DNA of 25,305 nucleotides from Candidatus Omnitrophota bacterium (GTDB lineage Bacteria > Omnitrophota > JAUWXU01), in contig JAUWXU010000001.1 in NCBI GenBank assembly GCA_030616145.1, forward strand, positions 1 to 25,305, in the 5' to 3' direction. The first letter of the stretch is position 1, and every line of letters begins with the position of its first letter. Below the pieces are notes generated by a model, which made no database searches, had not been told where the DNA came from, and was given only the letters and a program-made list of their open reading frames with translations. A program made the position numbers and the translations under genes. Positions 1 to 6,236 of the stretch are shown here, one piece after another.

Positions 1-1824
1 AATTGGCTGGGAAAAAGCGAAGGAGTGGAAATATTTTTTCCAGTGGTTGGGGATAAACAGGAGGTATTGAGTTGTTTTACTACTCGGGTGGATACTATTT
101 ATGGAGTTACTTATATGGTGTTAGCTCCGGAACATCCTGCCGTTGAGAGTCTAATAAAAGATGCCGGCAATAAAGATAAAATTGATAAATTTATAAAGGA
201 TGTCCGGTTCCAGGATAAGACTGAACGGCTCTCATCGGAAGTGGAGAAGGTCGGTATGTTTATTGATAGATACGTTATTAATCCGATGAGGGGTGAAAAA
301 ATACCTCTCTGGATAGCCAATTATGTCTTGATGGAATATGGTACAGGGGCAGTAATGGCTGTCCCCGCTCACGACCAAAGAGATCTCGAATTTGCTAAAA
401 AATATAATCTTCCGATAAAGGTAGTAATTGATAATCCAAAAAATCCTCTAGATGCGGTTTTAATGACTGAGGCATATATAGAAGATGGGATAATGGCCGC
501 TTCCGGTCAGTTTACCGGCCTGTCTAATCGGGTGGCGATGCAAAAAATAACCGACTACATGCAAAAAAAGAAGATAGGCCGAAGGACTATACATTATCGA
601 TTAAGAGATTGGTTGATTTCCAGACAAAGATATTGGGGTGCCCCTATTCCGATAGTCTATTGTCGCTCCTGCGGCATTGTTCCTTTACCCGATCGGGAAC
701 TTCCGGTTTTATTGCCTGAAGGTGTCCGGTTTAGACCTCAGGGGAAATCACCATTAGAAACCCAAAAGGATTTTTTGAACACAGTCTGTCCGAGATGCAA
801 AGGTCCAGCCAGACGAGAGGCAGATACAATGGATACCTTTGTTGATTCCAGCTGGTATTTTCTGAGATATCTCTCTCCTGATGACAATAAAAGAGCATTT
901 GACTCCAGACTGGTAAATAAATGGTTGCCGGTTGATCAATATATCGGTGGGGTTGAGCACGCCATTTTGCACCTTCTTTACGCCCGCTTTATCACCAAAG
1001 TTTTATATGACTTAGACCTGATAAATTTTCAAGAGCCATTCAAGGCCTTATTTACACAGGGAATGATTATTAAAAATGGCGCTAAAATGTCTAAGTCAAA
1101 AGGAAATGTCGTTAGCCCCGATAAGTTAATTTCCAGCTACGGCGCAGATACAGTCCGGGTCTATACTCTGTTTATCGGCCCGCCTGAAAAAGATGCTGAA
1201 TGGAACGATAAGGGTGTAGAGGGGGCCTATAGATTTTTAGGCCGGGTATGGCGGATGGTTGGACAAATCCTAAATTCCAAATCCCAAATTCTCCCTCGTT
1301 CCTCGGGACAGGCAAATCCCAAAATTCAAGAGTTGAGACGAAAAACTCATCAGACCATAAAGAAGGTCTCCGATGACATGGAAGGGGATTTTCATTTTAA
1401 CACCGCAATCAGTGCTATTATGGAATTGGTAAATGAGATCTACAAGTTCCAGACTGATAGAACGCAGCCCTGCGGTTTGCACTCGAAGACAGTCAAAGAA
1501 GCTGTTCGAATAGTAGTTATTTTGCTTTCGCCGTTTGCCCCTCACCTAGCCGAGGAATTATGGCAGATGCTTGGCAATAAACCCAGTATTTTCAGAACGC
1601 CCTGGCCAAGTTATGACCCGGCCATTCTAAAACAAAAAGAGATAACCGTAGTCATACAAATAAATGGCCGATTGAAACAACGCTTGAAGTTTGATGCTGA
1701 TGTTAAAGACAGCGACCTGAAGGCGGCGGCCCTCGAGGATGAAAAGATTAAGGATTGGATAAAAGACCGGCCAGTCAAAAAGATAGTGGTTGTCCCTAAA
1801 AAACTGGTAAATATTGTGGTATAA
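1..1824 (+). CDS. leuS: Leucine--tRNA ligase, 5'-truncated by the window edge
   Basis: Frame 1 is open from base 1 (NWLGKSEG, matching the LeuRS NWIGKSxG motif), so the GTG at 25 is not the true start. It has the editing-domain motif GTGAVMAVPAHDQRD, WLISRQRYWG, the CPRC zinc knuckle, DTMDTFVDSSWY, the KMSKS signature and C-terminal VVPKKLVNIVV. Stop TAA at 1822-1824. Confidence 0.98.
   Translation, partial: NWLGKSEGVEIFFPVVGDKQEVLSCFTTRVDTIYGVTYMVLAPEHPAVESLIKDAGNKDKIDKFIKDVRFQDKTERLSSEVEKVGMFIDRYVINPMRGEKIPLWIANYVLMEYGTGAVMAVPAHDQRDLEFAKKYNLPIKVVIDNPKNPLDAVLMTEAYIEDGIMAASGQFTGLSNRVAMQKITDYMQKKKIGRRTIHYRLRDWLISRQRYWGAPIPIVYCRSCGIVPLPDRELPVLLPEGVRFRPQGKSPLETQKDFLNTVCPRCKGPARREADTMDTFVDSSWYFLRYLSPDDNKRAFDSRLVNKWLPVDQYIGGVEHAILHLLYARFITKVLYDLDLINFQEPFKALFTQGMIIKNGAKMSKSKGNVVSPDKLISSYGADTVRVYTLFIGPPEKDAEWNDKGVEGAYRFLGRVWRMVGQILNSKSQILPRSSGQANPKIQELRRKTHQTIKKVSDDMEGDFHFNTAISAIMELVNEIYKFQTDRTQPCGLHSKTVKEAVRIVVILLSPFAPHLAEELWQMLGNKPSIFRTPWPSYDPAILKQKEITVVIQINGRLKQRLKFDADVKDSDLKAAALEDEKIKDWIKDRPVKKIVVVPKKLVNIVV
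1264..1327 (+). repeat. In-frame heptamer tandem repeat with an embedded 21-nt REP-like element inside leuS
   Basis: Reads caaatcc taaattc caaatcc caaattc t[ccctcgttcctcgggacaggc]aaatcc caaaattc. Removing 1293-1313 restores the 7-nt periodicity. Confidence 0.7.
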
Positions 1825-1828
1825 TTTA

Positions 1829-1947
1829 AGTAACCAGAGATCAGTAACCAGAAACCAGAATAAAAGATTTTTGTGATTTCTACCTGTCTTCCGAAACTTT
1901 AGCGTAGGAAGATACTCTGGTTTCTGGTTACTCCGAACGAAGTGAGG
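1829..1947. repeat. Composite palindromic spacer: heptamer arms forming a 17-bp perfect inverted repeat plus two short REP-like hairpins
   Basis: agtaaccagaaaccaga (1843-1859) is the exact reverse complement of tctggtttctggttact (1916-1932). Inner stem tcttcc (1887-1892)/ggaaga (1907-1912). ccgaacgaagtgagg at 1933-1947. Confidence 0.85.
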
Positions 1948-1951
1948 CTAA

Positions 1952-2758
1952 ATGTATAAAAATTTCTTTGGCCTGAATGAAAAACCATTTAATATGACTC
2001 CCGACCCCAAGTTCCTTTTTTTCAGCCGAGGACATCAAGAGGCCTTTTCTCATCTTAGGTATGGAATAAAAGAAAAGAAGGGATTTATTGAGATTACCGG
2101 CGAGGTGGGCACCGGCAAGACAACCCTTTGCCGTGCTCTGCTGAATTACCTGGATAAAGAAATCAAAACCGCCCTTATCCTGAATTCCAATTTATCTCCC
2201 AACCAGATGCTGCAAACTATTGTTGAAGAACTGGCCATCAAGCCGCGCAAAGAAAATAAGAAGGAGATTCTTGCTGCGCTGAATAATTTTCTCATTGAAC
2301 AGTTGTCTTTGGGCAACAATGTCGTTTTGATTATTGATGAATCGCAGAACATGAGTCCTTCTATGTTGGAACAAATCAGGATGCTGTCTAATCTGGAAAC
2401 AGAAAAAGAGAAGTTGCTTCAGATTATACTGGTTGGCCAGCCCGAGCTACGGGATAAACTCAAACTTCCCCATCTAAGGCAGCTGAGACAGAGAATCGCT
2501 GTTCGCTATCATATTAATCCTTTAGACAAAGAGGAAAGTTCTAAATATATCTTCCATCGATTGCAGGTTGCCGGTTCAAAAGGAGACATATCTTTTACCG
2601 ATGATGCCCTGGACAGTATCTTCGCCTATTCAGGCGGGATTCCCCGCTTAATTAATGTAGTTTGCGACAAGGCGCTGCTGGCTGGTTATGTTATGGAGAC
2701 AAGGAAAATTAACGGACAGATTATAAAAAGGTCTATTGAAGAAATAGAGGGAAGGTGA
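1952..2758 (+). CDS. ExeA/GspA-family AAA+ ATPase, without a C-terminal peptidoglycan-binding domain
   Basis: N-terminus MYxxFFGLxEKPFxxTPDPxF, Walker A GEVGTGKTT, Walker B LIIDESQ, LVGQPEL and SGGIPRLINVVCDKALL are all typical of ExeA-like ATPases. Confidence 0.9.
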   Translation: MYKNFFGLNEKPFNMTPDPKFLFFSRGHQEAFSHLRYGIKEKKGFIEITGEVGTGKTTLCRALLNYLDKEIKTALILNSNLSPNQMLQTIVEELAIKPRKENKKEILAALNNFLIEQLSLGNNVVLIIDESQNMSPSMLEQIRMLSNLETEKEKLLQIILVGQPELRDKLKLPHLRQLRQRIAVRYHINPLDKEESSKYIFHRLQVAGSKGDISFTDDALDSIFAYSGGIPRLINVVCDKALLAGYVMETRKINGQIIKRSIEEIEGR

Positions 2759-2766
2759 GTGAATAA

Positions 2767-3312
2767 ATGAGTATTGTAAACGACGCCTTAAAGAAAATCG
2801 CCGGGCAAAGGACAAAAAAGATTCTTATTGAACCTTCCAGGCCCTTTCGACAGCAGCCGGCCAGAAAAGGGGTTATAGTGGTTTTAGGGGGAATTGTTAT
2901 CCTGATTGTTTTAATCGGGTTATTTTTGTTGAAATGGCCGTTATTATTAGAGCAGGATAGAAAAGAAAATATAGCTCTGCCTTATTTGGGCAGCCAGGAT
3001 GAGAATACTGAGGGAATTACTGAAGGTGAATTTATAGAGAAAGTTTCTGGCGGGGAAATTGCAGATAAACTTGATCAAGAAGTTGAGAATGAAATTGTTA
3101 AAGAGATTACTGAGGACGAAGAATTAGCCAAAAAACCGGAGCTTTCCTTAACCGGGATTGTCTGGGGGAATGAAAGGCCCTGTGCCTTTATTAATAATAT
3201 GATGGTAGAAGAAGGTGAGATGGTTAATGGTGCAAAGGTAGTAAAGATAGATTACAGAAAGGTTCTGCTGAGTTTTGGAGAGAAAGAAATCTCTCTTTCC
3301 CTTGGCAAATAG
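2767..3312 (+). CDS. GspB/ExeB-like bitopic membrane protein
   Basis: Starts MSIVNDALKK, has one TM helix (aa ~36-58), an acidic linker and a C-terminal beta-rich domain (LSLTGIVW..AFINN..V.EGE.VNGAKVVKI). It lies directly downstream of the ExeA-like gene. Confidence 0.7.
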   Translation: MSIVNDALKKIAGQRTKKILIEPSRPFRQQPARKGVIVVLGGIVILIVLIGLFLLKWPLLLEQDRKENIALPYLGSQDENTEGITEGEFIEKVSGGEIADKLDQEVENEIVKEITEDEELAKKPELSLTGIVWGNERPCAFINNMMVEEGEMVNGAKVVKIDYRKVLLSFGEKEISLSLGK

Positions 3313-3331
3313 ATTTTTTCAGTTATTATAG

Positions 3332-3733
3332 ATGTTTAACTTAACTAGATATGAGAAAGGCATAATAGTCTTTTTAGCAGCGAGTATTGTTTTGGGATAC
3401 GGTCTCGTCTATTTCCAAAAGGTACACTCCCATACCAAAGATTTTGGTGTGGGGGTAAATGCTGAGCCTCCTCTCCCAGCTTCCTGGGTGGCCCATTCTT
3501 ATCAAAAAGAACTTCCTGCCCGTTCCATCAGGACAGTCTTTGTTATAGACATAAATAAAGCCGATTACCGGAATTTAATTCGGCTTTCCGGGATCGGTCC
3601 TGTATTGGCACAAAGGATTATTGACTACCGCAGTCGCAACGGTACCTTTAAGCGGATAGAGGAAATTAAGAATGTATCCGGAATTGGCAATAAGAAATTC
3701 GAACGAATAAAGGAGTTTCTAGTCTTAGAGTGA
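3332..3733 (+). CDS. comEA: ComEA-family DNA-binding protein (N-terminal TM anchor plus helix-hairpin-helix domain)
   Basis: IDINKA..L..LSGIGPVLAQRIIDYR...G.FK.IEEIKNVSGIGNKKFERIK is the ComEA HhH domain. It precedes comEC. Confidence 0.92.
   Translation: MFNLTRYEKGIIVFLAASIVLGYGLVYFQKVHSHTKDFGVGVNAEPPLPASWVAHSYQKELPARSIRTVFVIDINKADYRNLIRLSGIGPVLAQRIIDYRSRNGTFKRIEEIKNVSGIGNKKFERIKEFLVLE
3426..3456. repeat. 31-nt palindrome in frame inside the comEA linker
   Basis: actcccataccaaa-gat-tttggtgtgggggt forms a 14-bp stem (two G.T pairs) with a 3-nt loop. It encodes part of HSHTKDFGVG. Confidence 0.75.
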
Positions 3734-3799
3734 AATGGACACTGCCAGGATTGACTATTGCCTTTTGTTTGGAAATAATAACTGCTAATTATACCGCAA
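3722..3799 (+). repeat. 78-bp direct repeat, copy 1 (comEA stop plus first ~23 codons of comEC)
   Basis: 73/78 identical to 4681-4758 by manual alignment, with no gaps. Confidence 0.95.
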
Positions 3800-3852
3800 G
3801 TTCGATCAAAATAATCCCCTCTTATTCAGTTAAAAAATTAACACTAAATTAA
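3730..3852 (+). pseudogene. Truncated 5' remnant of comEC (40 aa), with its GTG overlapping the comEA stop
   Basis: Translates as MKWTLPGLTIAFCLEIITANYTA then unrelated sequence, ending at TAA 3850-3852. The intact comEC start reads MKWTLPGMTIAFCVGIITANYTA. Confidence 0.8.
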
Positions 3853-3880
3853 CACTAAATTAATAGTTAGCAAGTATAAT
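3838..3880 (+). promoter_or_regulatory. Three TTAA(C/T)A hexamers at 11-bp periodicity followed by a perfect TATAAT -10 box
   Basis: ttaaca at 3838 and 3849, ttaata at 3860, TATAAT at 3875-3880. There is no TTGACA-like -35 at the 17-bp position. Confidence 0.55.
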
Positions 3881-3907
3881 TTAGTTAGAAACTGGGAAAC
3901 GAATAAG

Positions 3908-4522
3908 ATGCAAGCCAAAACATGTTTTCTCATTTTGTTGTTCATTTTTTTATGTAAATCCACGCCCATTTTGGCGGGATCGATGCCTATGGAAAAGGAA
4001 GATACAGGTTTTGCTGGCAATATTGTTATTAGGCAAGAAAGGTACAAAATTGGTAGTGTTTCAATAGTCAAGCCGGTTTCGGTAGATCTGAGAATTTTAA
4101 ATATTATAAACCTTGAAGGCATAAAGTCAATCGAAGATTATGCACTGTGGTTGAAGGAAAATGTAAAATACAGAAAGGATGATAGTGCTGACGTCTGGTC
4201 TTTACCAGATGAAACGCTGACAAGAAAATATGGAGATTGTGAAGATTTTGCTTTTTTGAATGCAGCTTTTCTGCACGTAATGGGTTACAAGCCTAAAGTA
4301 ATGGCGATAGTAGGAGGGATAAGGAAAGGGGGTCACGCTATCTGTGCCTTCAGAAAAGGTGATCATTATCTATGGTTTGACAATGCCGAACTTAAAAAAA
4401 TCCCGGCAGCCTCAATCGAAGAATTTACCAAACATATTTTTCGAAGGTATGCCTGCTTGGGTCTTTTTGAAATCGACCTTGATAACAGAACTAAACATAG
4501 TTTATCTGATCAGTCTAGATAA
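3908..4522 (+). CDS. Secreted transglutaminase-like cysteine peptidase (BTLCP/LapG-like)
   Basis: Signal peptide (aa 1-23), W..P.ETL...YGDCEDFA with the catalytic Cys, then GHAIC (His) and WFDN (Asp), giving the Cys-His-Asp order of this fold. Confidence 0.8.
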   Translation: MQAKTCFLILLFIFLCKSTPILAGSMPMEKEDTGFAGNIVIRQERYKIGSVSIVKPVSVDLRILNIINLEGIKSIEDYALWLKENVKYRKDDSADVWSLPDETLTRKYGDCEDFAFLNAAFLHVMGYKPKVMAIVGGIRKGGHAICAFRKGDHYLWFDNAELKKIPAASIEEFTKHIFRRYACLGLFEIDLDNRTKHSLSDQSR

Positions 4523-4680
4523 TAAAGAAGATTAGGCATCTAAACTCAAACTTATCCTTGAGCCTGCAATCTAACATTAGCTATGTTTCATTTGCAGGTG
4601 AGACAAGTTCATAATCCCTTATTTTGTGTCCACCTTGCATCGATCCAAGTCCAAAACAATGAGAAACATCGGGAACTCTG

Positions 4681-4758
4681 GTCTGAGAGTGAAATGGACT
4701 CTGCCAGGAATGACTATTGCCTTTTGTGTGGGAATAATAACTGCTAATTATACCGCAA
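4681..4758 (+). repeat. 78-bp direct repeat, copy 2 (supplies the start of intact comEC)
   Basis: 73/78 identical to 3722-3799. Confidence 0.95.
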
Positions 4759-6227
4759 TTCCCTTTCTTTTCTTTTATGGATTTGCTTGCCTCTTTTTAA
4801 TAGGTACACTTATTTCGTTTAAAAGAGATCTGGCCTTTTACATTGCCCTTCTTTGTGTTTTCTTTTCCATCGGTGCTATCCTGTTGAAGAATTCTCAGAC
4901 TCTTCCTGCCTGTCATATTGCCAACTTCAGCCCCTATAAATCAGAGAGAGTATTTTTAAAAGGAACGATAGATAGCGATCCTTTCTCTGGGCCCAAGAAA
5001 ACCTCTTTTATTTTAAGGGCAAAAGAGCTTTATCTTGGTCAAACTCGCCGGCAGGTTTGCGGCAAGGTCCTGGTTTCAGTATTTGAGAAACATAATTTTA
5101 TCTATGGTCAAGAACTGGTTTTAGAAGGGTCTTTGTATCGCCCGTTTAATTTTCAGATTTCAGATAGATTGAATTACCGAAATTATCTTTCCGGTCAGGG
5201 TATTTATTCCCTTTTAGCGGTCAAAAAAGGTTCTCTGATCAAAGATACGGGGAAGAACTCCGGCAATTTTTTAAAATCATTTGCTTTTCGGATAAAACAC
5301 AGTATGGCGGAAGTAATTTCAAAAAGGCTTTCGCCGGTTTCTGCCAGCGTCTTAAATGCTATGTTGTTAGGTGAACGAAAGGGTGTTCCTGATTTTATAA
5401 CCGAAAACCTGTTACGCACAGGTACTGGTCACATCCTGGCAGTATCCGGCCTCCATGTGGGTATCGTGGCCTTTGTCCTGCTGGTCTTTCTAAAGGCCCT
5501 CCGCATCTTTGGCAGGGTTCGCTACGTTATCCTGATAATTTCACTGATTATTTATGCGATTCTTACCGGCGCCAGGCCTTCAGTGCTGAGGGCAACAGTT
5601 ATGGCAATAATTATTTTGGGCGGGTATTTATTCAGAAGAGAAACATCTATCTACAATTCTTTGGCGTTGGCTGCGGTGTTTATTTTGTTTTTAAATCCTG
5701 CGCAACTTTTTGGGATTAGTTTCCAACTTTCTTTCGCGTGCGTTATTTCAATTCTGTGGATTTCCCCCAAGATCAAATCGTTATTTCCTGCTTATTTGTT
5801 TGGCAAAGGCTGGCTGCGTTTTTTAGCAGTGGCCATATCTATTTCTACAGCAGCCTGGCTGGGTAGTTTAGGCCTGATTGTCTATTATTTTAAGATTTTT
5901 TCTCCAATAACTATATTTGCGAATATAATTGTTAGCGCACTTTTGCCTTTAGTTATCATTTCCGGACTTACCCTGGTGCTATTTGGAAGTTGCATTCCCC
6001 TTTTAGGAGTTATATTTGCAGCGAACTGCGAGTTTTTCACAGCGGTTCTAATTAAACTGAATTCTGTTTTAGCCGCCATTCCCGGTTCCTATTTCAAGCT
6101 TAATTCGCCGCCTCTTATTTATATTATCGGTTATTATGGTTTATTATTGTTGGTTTTTTCTTCCTATTGGCAAAGGTGGGCCTTCTTGACAAAACTTAAA
6201 GCCTGTGATATAGTTAGAGAAAAATAG
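4689..6227 (+). CDS. comEC: ComEC/Rec2 DNA uptake channel (OB-fold/DUF4131 plus competence domain; no C-terminal metallo-beta-lactamase domain)
   Basis: GTGHILAVSGLHVG motif, GARPSVLRATVM, SFQLSF and many TM helices. The start is set at GTG 4689 by homology to the duplicated, comEA-coupled GTG at 3730. ATG 4659 and GTG 4626 are in-frame alternatives. Confidence 0.93.
   Translation: MKWTLPGMTIAFCVGIITANYTAIPFLFFYGFACLFLIGTLISFKRDLAFYIALLCVFFSIGAILLKNSQTLPACHIANFSPYKSERVFLKGTIDSDPFSGPKKTSFILRAKELYLGQTRRQVCGKVLVSVFEKHNFIYGQELVLEGSLYRPFNFQISDRLNYRNYLSGQGIYSLLAVKKGSLIKDTGKNSGNFLKSFAFRIKHSMAEVISKRLSPVSASVLNAMLLGERKGVPDFITENLLRTGTGHILAVSGLHVGIVAFVLLVFLKALRIFGRVRYVILIISLIIYAILTGARPSVLRATVMAIIILGGYLFRRETSIYNSLALAAVFILFLNPAQLFGISFQLSFACVISILWISPKIKSLFPAYLFGKGWLRFLAVAISISTAAWLGSLGLIVYYFKIFSPITIFANIIVSALLPLVIISGLTLVLFGSCIPLLGVIFAANCEFFTAVLIKLNSVLAAIPGSYFKLNSPPLIYIIGYYGLLLLVFSSYWQRWAFLTKLKACDIVREK
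6186..6214 (+). promoter_or_regulatory. Sigma70-type promoter for bamD-lptE, embedded in the comEC 3' end
   Basis: TTGACA (6186-6191), a 17-bp spacer, TATAGT (6209-6214), with an extended -10 TG at 6206-6207. Confidence 0.75.
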
Positions 6228-6236
6228 TATAGCAAA

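Larger units (their letters stand above)
3722..4758. mobile_element. Putative integrated mini-cassette (959-bp unit between direct repeats) at the comEA/comEC junction; no recombinase on board
   Basis: Flanking 78-bp direct repeats 959 bp apart, one cargo gene with its own promoter-like region, and interruption of an otherwise overlapping comEA-comEC pair. Confidence 0.6.

Noticed and set aside
4569-4612. Integron attC site (ATCTAAC at 4569-4575 matches RYYYAAC)
   Set aside because: No matching GTTRRRY lies at a suitable distance; the nearest GTT is only about 10 nt away and reads GTTTCAT. The cargo gene also appears to have its own promoter.
4604-4630. Xer dif/pdif-like site (cataa...ttat)
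   Set aside because: The spacer between CATAA and TTAT is 4 bp rather than 6, and the outer arms do not match XerC/XerD consensus.
4626-4688. ORF-track N-terminal extension of comEC (MSTLHRSKSKTMRNIGNSGLR)
   Set aside because: It lies upstream of the duplicated segment and is not ComEC-like. The comEA-coupled GTG in copy 1 points to 4689 as the homologous start.
3722-4758. The 78-bp repeat pair as a diversity-generating retroelement template/variable repeat
   Set aside because: The mismatches (t/g, a/t, t/a, t/g, a/g) are not confined to adenines of one copy on either strand. The repeat is at a gene start rather than a C-terminus, and there is no reverse transcriptase in the window.
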